Source of the DNA: Thermodesulfobacteriota bacterium
GTDB lineage: Bacteria > Desulfobacterota_D > UBA1144 > Nemesobacterales > UBA2774
DNA length: 64,000 nucleotides
Reading direction: 5' to 3'
NCBI GenBank assembly: GCA_965216785.1
Contig: OZ244197.1
Coordinates: 1,664,001-1,728,000, forward strand
Shown: in pieces, positions 28,324 to 38,411 of the stretch
Layout: every line of letters begins with the position of its first letter
Numbering within the stretch: the first letter of the stretch is position 1
Made by a program: the position numbers and the translations under genes
The notes under the pieces: model-generated
Told to the model about the DNA's origin: nothing
Seen by the model: the letters and a program-made list of their open reading frames with translations, nothing else
Database searches by the model: none

Positions 28324-29730
28324 CTATTTCTTTGTGCCGGGCTCAGTCATCGACCAGGGGTCCAGGAGATCAGCGAGCTTCTCTGCCGGAAGTACTTTTT
28401 TCTCAAGCGCGACTTCCCTTACGGTTTTTCCTGTCGCGTAAGCTTCCTTGGCAATTGCGGCGGCGTTGTCATAACCGATCACGGGCGCCAGGCTAGTGCA
28501 CATCGCGAGGCTCTTCTCGATCATCTCTTCACAGCGCTTCTTATCGGCCTTAATGCCTTTTATGCATTTATCCGCGAATACCTCTGAGGCCCTTGAAAGA
28601 AGCTCAACCGACTGAAGGAAATTATGCCCCTTAACCGGCATCATCACATTTAGCTCGAAATTCCCGAACTGGCCTCCTATGGTTATCGTGAGGTCGTTGC
28701 CCATTACCTGGGCCGCTACCTGGCATACAGCTTCGGGAATTACGGGGTTTACCTTTCCAGGCATAATTGAAGACCCGGGCTGAACGGGGGGAATGTGGAT
28801 TTCTCCTATGCCGCAGCGTGGTCCACTGCCGAGCCAGCGGATGTCGTTTGCAATTTTCATCATGCTTACAGCGAGAGTCTTAAGCGACCCATGCGCTTCC
28901 ACAACGGCGTCCTTTGAGCCCTGAGCCTCGAAATGGTTGTCGGCTTCCCTGAGCTTGGTCTTGGACATTTTGCTCAGTCTTTTAGCTACCATACTCCCGA
29001 ACTTGGGGTGAGTGTTGATTCCCGATCCAACAGCGGTGCCTCCTATGGCGAGCTCGCCGAGCTCTGAGCGCGCGTACTCTACGCGTTTAATTCCGTGCTC
29101 GATCATGCTCGCGTAGCCGCCGAATTCCTGGCCGAGCCTGACAGGGGTAGCATCCTGAAGATGGGTGCGGCCTATCTTTACTATCTTGTCGAACTGCTTC
29201 TCTTTTGCTTTGAGCGCCGCCCTGAGCTTTTTGAGCGCAGGCAGCAGGTTTTCGTTAATTGACAGTACTGCAGACAGGTGGATGGCGGTTGGATAGACAT
29301 CGTTACTTGACTGACCGTAATTCACGTGGTCGTTGGGGTGTACTCCGGATTTGTCTCCCTTTTTTATTCCCAATATTTCGTTTGCGCGGTTTGCGATTAC
29401 TTCATTTGTGTTCATGTTGGTCGATGTACCCGAGCCGGTCTGGAATACGTCCAGCACAAAGTGGTCGTCGAGCTTTCCGTCGATTACTTCTTGAGCCGCT
29501 TTGACTATCGCTCTTCCCTGCTTCTTGGAAAGATTGCCGAGCTCCATATTCGTCTCCGCCGCGGCTTGTTTTATCATTCCCATTGCCTGTACCAAGAGGC
29601 TGTGCTTTCTGATACCGCTAATAGGGAAGTTCTCAATTGCCCTTGCCGTCTGAGCTCCGTAGTATGCGTCTGCGGGAACGCTCATTTCCCCCATCGAGTC
29701 GCTTTCTATTCTGTGTGATTTGCTAGCCAT
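28324..29730 (-). CDS. fumC: Class II fumarate hydratase
   Basis: RIESDSMG, YGAQT.RA, QTGSGTSTNMNTNEV, KIGRTHLQDATP, GSSIMPGKVNP. Confidence 0.95.
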   Translation of the reverse strand: MASKSHRIESDSMGEMSVPADAYYGAQTARAIENFPISGIRKHSLLVQAMGMIKQAAAETNMELGNLSKKQGRAIVKAAQEVIDGKLDDHFVLDVFQTGSGTSTNMNTNEVIANRANEILGIKKGDKSGVHPNDHVNYGQSSNDVYPTAIHLSAVLSINENLLPALKKLRAALKAKEKQFDKIVKIGRTHLQDATPVRLGQEFGGYASMIEHGIKRVEYARSELGELAIGGTAVGSGINTHPKFGSMVAKRLSKMSKTKLREADNHFEAQGSKDAVVEAHGSLKTLAVSMMKIANDIRWLGSGPRCGIGEIHIPPVQPGSSIMPGKVNPVIPEAVCQVAAQVMGNDLTITIGGQFGNFELNVMMPVKGHNFLQSVELLSRASEVFADKCIKGIKADKKRCEEMIEKSLAMCTSLAPVIGYDNAAAIAKEAYATGKTVREVALEKKVLPAEKLADLLDPWSMTEPGTKK

Positions 29731-29819
29731 GAATACCTTCCTCCTTCTATATAATTAAGTTTGTTTTTCCATGTTTTCCGTTTCGGAAGCTGTAATTATG
29801 CCATACAGAGGGAATTTTT

Positions 29820-30608
29820 CTATTTTGGCAAGTGACTGTTATCTATCTCTCCGCCTTCTGGCTTTGTAAACGTGGAAGGCTCGGGGCGTTTTCCCTTTAA
29901 TAAAATATTCTCAAACACCATAGTGCCGTGAGATTCCCCGCCAAGGTTATCGTCCTTCCACTCATAAAAGCTTATCTTCTCGGGTACTAACAATCCCCCG
30001 GCTTGTTGCCACTCTTCATACACGGCAGCGTGCCGCTCGAGCTCGTCTTTGGACTTTCCCTGCATGAGAGGCGGGTATGTGACGATATAAGTCAGTACTT
30101 CCAGCCGGTTCGTTTCCTTGTCGAAGTATGCGATGTAGTCGTCATCAGGAGTGTCACCAATGCCTTGTTCGTAAGTGAATTTGACCACGTTATATTCCTT
30201 GCCGTTGAGTTCCTTTATTCCCAGCGGCTCCGTGTTCACCCCAGGGTCTGCGAAGAGGAAAGGGAGTCCGAAGAAATAAAACGGGGTCGAGGCATAAAAC
30301 CTTGGCGGTATACCCAGCGCCTGTATGTTAGGTACTATCCAGGCCTCCTGCCCATCGAATCCGAGCTTATAGTCATCGCTCGTGATAAGCACATTCCGGG
30401 ACTTGAGATCAATCAGCTGATGGTTTGTTAAAGTAAATTTTCCTTTGAGATCAAAAGTCTGGTCGTACTCAAGAGTCCCGTAGGCTCTGAAAGTTTCGAG
30501 GCTGCCGTGGGCATCGATCGATTGCTCAAGCTCATCTGCCCGGATGAGTGGTGAAAAAACTAGAGTTAAAAGTAATATTCCTAAGATTGAGAATATACTC
30601 TTTTTCAT
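29820..30608 (-). CDS. Exported protein, DUF6503 / LolA-like beta fold
   Basis: Start at 30608 with RBS AGGAG; signal peptide; IDAHG, YFFGLPF.FADPG, GDTPDDDY motifs. Confidence 0.7.
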   Translation of the reverse strand: MKKSIFSILGILLLTLVFSPLIRADELEQSIDAHGSLETFRAYGTLEYDQTFDLKGKFTLTNHQLIDLKSRNVLITSDDYKLGFDGQEAWIVPNIQALGIPPRFYASTPFYFFGLPFLFADPGVNTEPLGIKELNGKEYNVVKFTYEQGIGDTPDDDYIAYFDKETNRLEVLTYIVTYPPLMQGKSKDELERHAAVYEEWQQAGGLLVPEKISFYEWKDDNLGGESHGTMVFENILLKGKRPEPSTFTKPEGGEIDNSHLPK

Positions 30609-30667
30609 TTTACTTCTCCTGATAATGTTATTTAAGGTGGGTAATTCTATAACAGCTAACAAAAAGT

Positions 30668-31363
30668 TCAAAGAAGCGGTTCTTGCTCGGGGAAGTTGTG
30701 CGCGGGTTTTATTAAATCCGGGGATTCTTCCCTGGGCGAGTTTACCTTTATAGAGACTTCGTATTCCTCCATGAGCCCGGGGTCGTATGGTTTAAGTAAA
30801 GATAGAAGGGTTTTTTCATCCGCGCGCGGGTCGAGCCAGAGATCCTCGTCCTCCCTTCGGAGAATTACGGGCATGCGGTCGTGTATGGGTTTCATAAGCT
30901 CGTTCGGTCCCGTAGTGATTATGGTAAAGGTCTCAAGCGGCTTGCCTTCGGGCGTTTTCCAAACGTCCCATAGCCCCGCAAACGAAAATAGCTTTTCCGA
31001 CTGGAGCACGAACCTGTGCGGGATTTTAACACGCCTGCCCTGTGCTTTAACCCATTCGTAAAATCCGTCTGCTATGACAAGGCACCTTCTCTTTTTAAAC
31101 GCGGTCTTAAAGCTCGGCTTCTCGGCAATTGTTTCGGCCCTCGCGTTAATGAGCTTAAAACCGATCTTCGGGTCCTTGGCCCAATACGGCACAAGCCCCC
31201 ACTTCATTGTTTTTATTACGTTCTCGTCTTCTCTTACTATGACGGGGGCGGGCTGAGAGGGAGCGATGTTATACCTTGGCTCGTGAACGTAATGCCCGGG
31301 TTTAACCTTGAACTCTGCTTGAATCGCTTTTTGCTCGGGTGTGAGCGTGTATCGTCCGCACAT
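30668..31363 (-). CDS. yedK: SOS response-associated peptidase (SRAP; YedK/HMCES abasic-site protection)
   Basis: N-terminal MCGRY, PRYNIAPSQ, WGLVP, INARAET, RRCLVIADGFYEW, IHDRMPVIL. Confidence 0.93.
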   Translation of the reverse strand: MCGRYTLTPEQKAIQAEFKVKPGHYVHEPRYNIAPSQPAPVIVREDENVIKTMKWGLVPYWAKDPKIGFKLINARAETIAEKPSFKTAFKKRRCLVIADGFYEWVKAQGRRVKIPHRFVLQSEKLFSFAGLWDVWKTPEGKPLETFTIITTGPNELMKPIHDRMPVILRREDEDLWLDPRADEKTLLSLLKPYDPGLMEEYEVSIKVNSPREESPDLIKPAHNFPEQEPLL

Positions 31364-31441
31364 AGTTTCCTCTATTTAATAAGAGGGTATCATACTAGTT
31401 TTACGAGAAGCAATAAGATAGAAAAGGGTGTGGCGTCAAAA

Positions 31442-34198
31442 TTAAAAAAGGTCTCCAAGCTCATCTAGAATCTTTTCATCGAGCCTTTTCTTTTTCTTCT
31501 TCTTTTTACTTCCCGTGTTTTGGGTCTGCTGCTCTTGAGCTTCCTCGGCTTCTGTGTCCTGCGCGTTTTCCTTCTCACTTTCCGAAAGGAGCTTATCGAG
31601 CACTTGCTTTTTTAGCTCTTCCTTTCCTTTTCTAATGGTAGCGCGCTCTACCATGGTAGTCAGGTATCCCATGTCGGGCTTTGGCTTTGCGTCAGGCAGT
31701 GTGCCTGAGATAGCAAAGGGTATCTCGATGAGGCCCTTATCACTCGAAATGTATTTAAGCTCCTGAACGTCCTCTTCCAAATCTTCCGACAGCTCTTTTG
31801 AAAGAGTGAGGAGCGATTTCATATCCACCCTGCTGTCAAGATCTATCCAGCCCCTTCCCGTAATCCTGTAATCGCTCGATGTTATCCTTAGATCGTTTGT
31901 GCGCATCTTGCCCTTCTCTAATATGAATGAGGCCTTGAACTCTTCAAACTCCGTATCACGCGTACCGAACACTTGGGGATATCTATCCCTCACCCGTGGG
32001 GAAATAAACACGGTAAGCCCGGGCAGTCCGGTGATGCCCTTTAACACTTCTTCCGCAAGATTTATATCGAGCACGGCGCCGTCGACAATCTCAGCCTTGG
32101 CGGTGCCCTTGAGAGCGGGTTTTATCTTCTCCCACTCAGTGCCGCTTCCGAATACGTTTATATCAAGATTTGCCTTCCCCTCTATATTCTGCTCGCCCCC
32201 GGGGTCTCTGGAAGTAAGGAAAGTTTTCAGATCAATTCCCCTTACACTAGATATCAGCGCAAACTCGGGAGTGGGGCCCATCGTGTAGCTTGCCTTGCCG
32301 CTAATAGTGCCGTCGTAGGCTTTAGTGCTGAAGCTGTTAACCCTGGCTTTATCTCCCGTAAGGCTTAAATTTGACTTCAGATCGGTAAGCTCAAAGTCCG
32401 ATAACACGGCTTTTGATGAAGACACGTTACCACTGAATACGGCTGTTTTATTAGATATTCTCAGAGTGCCTTTACTCTTAAGGTTCTTAAGCACGTCGGG
32501 CTTTTTGCTTTTGGAGGCCTGTTTTATCAGATCACTCAGATTGAGCTCGGGCGAGGATATCTCGTAGCTTAATCTAAGGGGCGAGAAGCTTGTGACGGAC
32601 GTGCTGAGGCGCAGCTGTGATTTGCCCAAACGGAGCGACAGGTTCTGAACAGTCGCGGAATTGCCAGTGAATTCTATGTTTGTGTTTATGTCTTTAATCG
32701 GTTTTTTGAAACCAGGCGGTGTCACGCTTACGTTCTTTACTTCGAGTGCGCCTCTGATGTCCGGGCTTTGTCCTTTACCCGACTCGCCCGTGACTTTTGT
32801 CGGTAGCAGCTTGAGCTGACCCGATACCTCGTGCTTATTGAGAGCCGGAAATATGTCCTTCATGTCGGACAGATTAATATTATTGGAACTTAGCGATAGG
32901 TTCAGTAGCGTCGTCGTGCCCTGATTTATTTGGCCTGCTAGTGATAGTAGCAGTGTGCTTAGTTTTATTTCAGTCTCGCTTATATTAATTTTGTCATTTC
33001 CTATATCCGCTCCAGTCGTGATTACAAGGGGAGTATCGCTCGGTTTAAGGAATTTGCCGATAACCGCAAGCCTAGTTGCTGTGGCGTCCACGACGATCCC
33101 GCGGAGCTTTAAGTCCTCGGGGTTGCCGGACGCTTTCCCCTTGAAGCTGATGTTCCCGTGCGAGGATAGGCTGTTGGGAATTGAGCCTTTAAGATAGGTG
33201 AGCAGTCTGAGCTTGTTTATGTCCGCGTTCTTGAGGTCGAACTCTGTATCAATATTTAAACTCTCGGTGCTTTCACCGATTGGGCCCACGCTTCCCGTGA
33301 GCTTGAAGTTGGGTTTGCTCGCTCCGAATACCGAAGCGTCCACAACTATGTCCGAAAGCGTGAGCGCTCCCGCCTTACCGCTGAATTTAAACTTCGCTTC
33401 TACGGGGCCGGAGAAGTCGAGGCCATTAGGGATTTTCTCTTTGAGCATAGGAAGGGATTTTTTTAAGGTGCTAATATTAAGATCGTTAATGCGGGCATCA
33501 CCATGAAGGGCTGCATCGCTGAAATCCATGCCGGGAGTTAGGGGGCCGATGGATGTGTCCAGCAATACGTTTTGATCTTTGGCCAGGACGGCTGCTTTCA
33601 GCTTCACCCCAATCTCTTTTTCAAAACCGAGATCTTTTATGCCAAGGTCGATCATCTCCGCCTCAAGCTCTCTGCCCTTCTCTTCATCTATGTAAGTGAC
33701 ACGCCCATTTTTAATCGCAATGTTAGAGGCGGCAATAGGAATCTCACCAATCTGATCTTCCTCATTCTTGCTGGTTTCCTCACTGCTTTTCGGGGATTTG
33801 TCTCCATTTGTAAGTGTTGAAAAATTAAAATCTCCGCTTTTATTTCGTATGACTGTGATTACGGGCTCACTCAGAATGAGTTTCGTTACTACTATCTTTT
33901 TACTAAGCAGTGGAAAGAACGCCACGTTTACCTGAATGTCTTTTGCTCTTATAAAATCGCCGTCCGAAAATTCTCTGTCATCCGATACCGAGAAGCCGCT
34001 CATCCTTATGCCGATGCCGTCAGAAAAGCCTGTCTCCACATTGCCGAAGCTAACTTTTCTGCCGAGAGACTCCTCAACCTGGGCAAGTAAGAATTCTTTG
34101 TTCTGGTTTATGAAATGGTTCAGGTTGAGTACAGCGAGCGCAAGGAGGGCTGCCAGTATTATTACAAGTACAAACAAGGCTATAAAGAATTTTTTCAT
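31442..34198 (-). CDS. AsmA family protein
   Basis: N-terminal TM anchor, LGRKV...FFPLLSKKIVV...L.EP.I...RNKSG.FNFS, beta-taco repeats, C-terminal IPFAISGTL.D.KP. Confidence 0.85.
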   Translation of the reverse strand: MKKFFIALFVLVIILAALLALAVLNLNHFINQNKEFLLAQVEESLGRKVSFGNVETGFSDGIGIRMSGFSVSDDREFSDGDFIRAKDIQVNVAFFPLLSKKIVVTKLILSEPVITVIRNKSGDFNFSTLTNGDKSPKSSEETSKNEEDQIGEIPIAASNIAIKNGRVTYIDEEKGRELEAEMIDLGIKDLGFEKEIGVKLKAAVLAKDQNVLLDTSIGPLTPGMDFSDAALHGDARINDLNISTLKKSLPMLKEKIPNGLDFSGPVEAKFKFSGKAGALTLSDIVVDASVFGASKPNFKLTGSVGPIGESTESLNIDTEFDLKNADINKLRLLTYLKGSIPNSLSSHGNISFKGKASGNPEDLKLRGIVVDATATRLAVIGKFLKPSDTPLVITTGADIGNDKINISETEIKLSTLLLSLAGQINQGTTTLLNLSLSSNNINLSDMKDIFPALNKHEVSGQLKLLPTKVTGESGKGQSPDIRGALEVKNVSVTPPGFKKPIKDINTNIEFTGNSATVQNLSLRLGKSQLRLSTSVTSFSPLRLSYEISSPELNLSDLIKQASKSKKPDVLKNLKSKGTLRISNKTAVFSGNVSSSKAVLSDFELTDLKSNLSLTGDKARVNSFSTKAYDGTISGKASYTMGPTPEFALISSVRGIDLKTFLTSRDPGGEQNIEGKANLDINVFGSGTEWEKIKPALKGTAKAEIVDGAVLDINLAEEVLKGITGLPGLTVFISPRVRDRYPQVFGTRDTEFEEFKASFILEKGKMRTNDLRITSSDYRITGRGWIDLDSRVDMKSLLTLSKELSEDLEEDVQELKYISSDKGLIEIPFAISGTLPDAKPKPDMGYLTTMVERATIRKGKEELKKQVLDKLLSESEKENAQDTEAEEAQEQQTQNTGSKKKKKKKRLDEKILDELGDLF

Positions 34199-34365
34199 GG
34201 TTGTTTCTCCGGACAGTAGTTAGCTGTGTTAGCCCGCCCTATATTCCAAAAGCATAATTGATGAGATGTGTGAATCAATGAAAATTTTGTTTAGTTAGAA
34301 ATGCGCCGTAATTTCTACTGGTATTAATAAGGAGGCATGGGTTATTATTTTAATATGAATGGGAT

Positions 34366-34395
34366 TAGAGCTGTTTTCGTCCCCGCTCGTAATAT
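34366..34395 (+). promoter_or_regulatory. Candidate ECF-sigma promoter (autoregulatory)
   Basis: TAGAGC-N16-CGTAATAT; the same spacing and CCCCG.TCGTAATAT tail occur upstream of pspA (36220-36249). Confidence 0.5.
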
Positions 34396-34431
34396 ATTGA
34401 AGATAGTACAGAACTTGCAAAAGAGCGTCCG

Positions 34432-35070
34432 GTGATAGGACTAACTATTAACAAAGAAATCGGGGACGAGAATGCCATGCGGAAATTCCAAAATGGTGAC
34501 ACAAAGTGCTTTGACTTGCTCCTTAAGCGCCACAGCGGCGGTGTGCTCCGCTTCATAATGAAAATGACGGGTGGCAGCAAGCTTCATGCAGAGGACCTGC
34601 TACAGGAAATATTCCTTAAGGTAATAGAGCGTAAGGACCGCTACGACCCCGAGCAGAAATTCACCACCTGGCTCTACAGCATTGCGCGTAACCACTGCAT
34701 AGATTATCTGAGGACCGAGAGCTACAGGAGGCACCGCTCGCTTGACTCGCCGATAAACAGTGCGGAAGAAAGGGGGGCAGTAGTTCTCGAAATTGTGAAG
34801 AGCGACACGAGAGCCCAGGATGAGGAAGCGTATGATAAAGAGCTAAGGGAGTTAATAGATATAGGCGTAAAGGGACTTAAGGAAGAGTTTAGAGAAGTGT
34901 TTTTACTCCGTGAGGTTGAAGGGCTCTCATTTCAGGAAATCGCGGAGATTACGGAATCTCCTCTGGGCACAGTTAAGAGCAGGCTCCGTTACGCTTTTCA
35001 ATATTTGAGGCGCATATTATCGGAGTCCGGATACTTTGAGCAGAAACAAAAAGCGAAAGAGGGAGTATAA
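34432..35070 (+). CDS. ECF RNA polymerase sigma factor
   Basis: AEDLLQEIF, KFTTWLYSIARNHCIDYLR (region 2); REVFLLRE.EGLS.QEIA...PLGTVKSRL (region 4). Confidence 0.95.
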   Translation: MIGLTINKEIGDENAMRKFQNGDTKCFDLLLKRHSGGVLRFIMKMTGGSKLHAEDLLQEIFLKVIERKDRYDPEQKFTTWLYSIARNHCIDYLRTESYRRHRSLDSPINSAEERGAVVLEIVKSDTRAQDEEAYDKELRELIDIGVKGLKEEFREVFLLREVEGLSFQEIAEITESPLGTVKSRLRYAFQYLRRILSESGYFEQKQKAKEGV

Positions 35071-35076
35071 ATAGTT

Positions 35077-36153
35077 ATGGAATGTAAAGAATGCAGCGGG
35101 CTACTGATCGATTATCTTGAGGACCTCCTCGGCCCCGAAGAGTCGGGCGCGCTAGAGGAGCACCTGAGCAGCTGCCCGGACTGCGCTCTTGAACTCGAGC
35201 ATTACAGGGAGATCGGCACGGCCGCGTGTGAGGGAGCTTTGCCCGAGGTATCGCAAGATGTGCTTACCTCGCTCAGCGAGGCCGCAAGGAAAAGCGCATC
35301 TCCCAAGAAAACTCCTTTCTGGAAAAAATGGTCATACTCACCGGTACTCGTGCCTACTATCAGCGCCGCCATTGCGCTATCCGTTTGGTTCTATTACGGG
35401 CAGAATGGTTTTGAAGGTGTAGACACCGTGACCAGAGAAGTGGGCGCTGTGAAAATGAGGGCTCCACAAGTACGGGAGGAGATGTTCAGTGATACTGAGG
35501 AAAAGGAAATGCTAGCAGACGAGTCTCAGGATCCTAATGAGGCGCTAATTGCAGCATCGGATTCAGAAGAAAAAGAGAAACCCACGGCTGAATCGAGGAT
35601 AGCCCCGGCATCGCCTTCAGAATTACAGACAGATAAAAAGACTTCGGAAAACGCCCCGGAAAAAAGTACACTCCGTAAAAAAGATGTAACAGAGGAAGAC
35701 TTGGTTACTTACAGAAAAGAGAAGTCTGCTTCATCCGATCTTCTCGGGCGGGAGTCCACGGAAGAGCTCCCTGCAAGGTCTTCGGATGAGGCGGCGTCAG
35801 AGAGTCTGTTAAAAGCAGAGCAGCCTATTTTGAGAGATTATGCCGCCGAGCTTGAGCTTGCACAGCGCCAGCAGAAGGAGGGCAAATGCGAGGCTTCAAT
35901 AACGACGAATAAAGCTTTACTCAATTCTTCCCCACCTCCGCCCATGGATGTACAGGCAGCCTCATATAGATCTCTTGCAGAGTGTTATGAGCAGACAGGT
36001 GATCTGCCGAGCGCTGCAGCTTCTTACAATAACCTGGCCCGGGTTGATCCTGCACAAAGCGGGTTTGTAAACGAAAAGCTTGAAGAAATGAAAATTGACT
36101 CAGCTTATATGAATTACGAAGATTCGGATTCCAGCGACAAGCCGGCAAACTGA
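35077..36153 (+). CDS. ZAS (zf-HC2) anti-sigma factor with TM helix, acidic linker and C-terminal TPR
   Basis: MECKEC...EHLSSCPDC (HxxxCxxC); TM segment VLVPTISAAIALSVWFYY; TPR-like AASYRSLAECYEQTGD. Confidence 0.85.
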   Translation: MECKECSGLLIDYLEDLLGPEESGALEEHLSSCPDCALELEHYREIGTAACEGALPEVSQDVLTSLSEAARKSASPKKTPFWKKWSYSPVLVPTISAAIALSVWFYYGQNGFEGVDTVTREVGAVKMRAPQVREEMFSDTEEKEMLADESQDPNEALIAASDSEEKEKPTAESRIAPASPSELQTDKKTSENAPEKSTLRKKDVTEEDLVTYRKEKSASSDLLGRESTEELPARSSDEAASESLLKAEQPILRDYAAELELAQRQQKEGKCEASITTNKALLNSSPPPPMDVQAASYRSLAECYEQTGDLPSAAASYNNLARVDPAQSGFVNEKLEEMKIDSAYMNYEDSDSSDKPAN

Positions 36154-36219
36154 CTTTTTTAATCCAATAACACCGTAAGTTTCTACATTTATTACTGTTT
36201 GAGTAAACCCCCCGAGTTT

Positions 36220-36249
36220 TAAATCTTTCCAGGCCCCCGTTCGTAATAT
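36220..36249 (+). promoter_or_regulatory. Candidate ECF-sigma promoter for pspA-vwa
   Basis: TAAATC-N16-CGTAATAT, which has SigW-like geometry (TGAAAC-N16-CGTA). Confidence 0.55.
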
Positions 36250-36279
36250 CTCATAAATCTAAATTGAGGAGACACCGTT

Positions 36280-36939
36280 ATGGGATTTAAAAGACGAATA
36301 GGGTTTATAGTGAAGTCCCAGTTTAACGACTGGGTAACTCGCGCAGAGGACCCGGAGAAGATGCTTAATCAGGCGGTGGAGGAGATGGAAGAGGGCCTAG
36401 AAACCGCAAAAGCCAAGATACTGCTGATCCGTTACAGAGTGGAGGAAGAAAATAAGCTCCTTACAAAACTCACCGAGCAGATCGAGTACTGGCAGAAAAA
36501 GGCTGAGGAATACGTCGGCAAGGAAATGGACACAAATGCCAGGGAAGCTGTCAGAAAGAGACGAATTCTGGAAGAAGAGCAAAGAGTCATCTCTCTTAGA
36601 CTTACCGAAGACAAACTCAAGTTTGATGAGTACGAAGAGCGCTACACAGACCTTGAGCGCCGCGTTCGGGCTTCAAAATCGAGGAGAGAGCTTTTGCTGA
36701 AAGAGATTTCGCTAGATAAGGGTCCGTCCGAAGCAGGCGCCCCTTCAGAGTCTGCTGTATATACGGACGATCCGTTTTCGGTATTCAGCAAGATGGAAGA
36801 GAGGGTTGAGGAAGGGAGCGCATTGCGGGCCGCTTCGATGGAGAGAAAAGAAGCCGCGCTTGAGAACGAGAGCAAGCTCATAGATGAAGAGATAAATATT
36901 ATCAAAAAAAACTTGGGTAAAGGAGGTAGTAAAAAATGA
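36280..36939 (+). CDS. pspA: PspA/IM30 (ESCRT-III-like) family protein
   Basis: MG.FKR...VKS.FND...AEDPEKMLNQAVEEMEE, long coiled coil, F.KMEERV; RBS GAGGAG. Confidence 0.85.
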   Translation: MGFKRRIGFIVKSQFNDWVTRAEDPEKMLNQAVEEMEEGLETAKAKILLIRYRVEEENKLLTKLTEQIEYWQKKAEEYVGKEMDTNAREAVRKRRILEEEQRVISLRLTEDKLKFDEYEERYTDLERRVRASKSRRELLLKEISLDKGPSEAGAPSESAVYTDDPFSVFSKMEERVEEGSALRAASMERKEAALENESKLIDEEINIIKKNLGKGGSKK

Positions 36940-38324
36940 AGTACGGCGTAAATACAATCATAATTGGATTATTTCTAGTTGTAGGCCTCGTGCTTGCAGG
37001 TGTTAAATATTTAGGCGCGTTCCCGACCATACCCAAGCCCTCGAATAGCGTGGCGGAGAGACTATCGTGGTTCCTTCAGCTCGACCACCCATACATTCAT
37101 AAAGGCTCTAGGGGCGAGGTGCTCTTGAACACCAGGATTGTCGGCAATGAAGCCCCGCGGATCGAAAGGGCGCCTGTCAATCTGGTGCTTGTTATAGACA
37201 GGAGCGGCTCGATGAACGAAAAGGGGAAGATCGAATACGCAAAAGAAGCCGCTAAGCAGATAATTTCGGGATTAGGTCCAGAGGACAGGCTCTCGGTAGT
37301 CGCGTACTCAACAGACGTTGAGCTTCTTTTCCCGATCCAGTTCCTTAACAACAAGGAGAGGGCAACATCTGTTGTGAACTCGCTTTACCCGACAGATTCG
37401 ACAAATCTCTCCGGGGGACTTATCACAGGTATTGGGCAGATCGAAAAGCTTCATAGGAAGGGCTATATAAACCGAGTGATACTCCTATCGGACGGGCTTG
37501 CTAACTACGGTATTACGGACATGGGACAGTTAATTAAGATCGCAAGCCAGGCGGCTGAAAAAGGTATACACGTAACGACTATGGGGCTCGGGGTTAACTA
37601 CGACGAGAATCTTTTGACGAACCTTGCGGAGTACGGGGCCGGGAATTACTACTTTGTCGAATCACCCTCTCAGCTCGCGGGGATATTCGATCAAGAGTTC
37701 GGTCAGCTTGCCTCGACCGTGGCAAAAGACCCGGTATTCACGCTCACACTCGCTCCAGGCGTCAGCGTAAGCGATGTATACGGCTATGCCTATGAGACCA
37801 CCAAGGACGGTAAAGTTCGGATTAAGCTCGGGGACTTCTACGGCGGGCAAGAGAGGAACATTCTTGTGAAACTAAATGCTCCCGCGGATAAAACGGGACA
37901 GAGCCCGCTTGCGACAGCCAGGCTAGAGTACGGAGACGTACTGGGTGATGACCAAACCCTATATCACGAAGAGAATATAAGTTATGAAGTCACAAAGGAC
38001 GCCGAGTTAGTTGCGGAAAAAGAGAATGATGAAGTTACAGCCAGGGGAGTTTCCATAGACGCGGCTACGCAGTACTACGAGGCGGCTACAGCGTATGAGA
38101 AAGGTGATCGTGAAGAGGCTTTGCGGCAGATGAACGCGGCTATGGGCAGTGTGGAGGAGCTCAAAAAATCCTCGCCAAATAGTCCTGAGGTTTTAAAACA
38201 GGAGGCCGAGATTAGAGAGGCGCTTTCTACTCTAATGATGGATTCTGCGCCCGAGCCTGCCTCTCCCGAGGGTAAGAGCTTTATTAAGGACAATAAAGCG
38301 AAAGCGAGAACAATGCAGAAGTAG
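36936..38324 (+). CDS. Membrane-anchored VWA (YfbK-like) domain protein
   Basis: N-terminal TM; MIDAS motif LVIDRSGSM, TNLSGGL, RVILLSDGLAN, GLGVNYDENLL; ATGA overlap with pspA. Confidence 0.9.
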   Translation: MKYGVNTIIIGLFLVVGLVLAGVKYLGAFPTIPKPSNSVAERLSWFLQLDHPYIHKGSRGEVLLNTRIVGNEAPRIERAPVNLVLVIDRSGSMNEKGKIEYAKEAAKQIISGLGPEDRLSVVAYSTDVELLFPIQFLNNKERATSVVNSLYPTDSTNLSGGLITGIGQIEKLHRKGYINRVILLSDGLANYGITDMGQLIKIASQAAEKGIHVTTMGLGVNYDENLLTNLAEYGAGNYYFVESPSQLAGIFDQEFGQLASTVAKDPVFTLTLAPGVSVSDVYGYAYETTKDGKVRIKLGDFYGGQERNILVKLNAPADKTGQSPLATARLEYGDVLGDDQTLYHEENISYEVTKDAELVAEKENDEVTARGVSIDAATQYYEAATAYEKGDREEALRQMNAAMGSVEELKKSSPNSPEVLKQEAEIREALSTLMMDSAPEPASPEGKSFIKDNKAKARTMQK

Positions 38325-38343
38325 AACGGCAACCCATGCAAAA

Positions 38344-38388
38344 GAGCGGGGGAGCGCGGTTGTGAGACCTAGCCTCCCCGCTCGTTTT
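38344..38388 (+). terminator. Intrinsic terminator after the VWA gene
   Basis: GAGCGGGG...CCCCGCTC stem followed by GTTTT. Confidence 0.6.
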
Positions 38389-38411
38389 ATACATTAAGTC
38401 AGGAGAGTAAG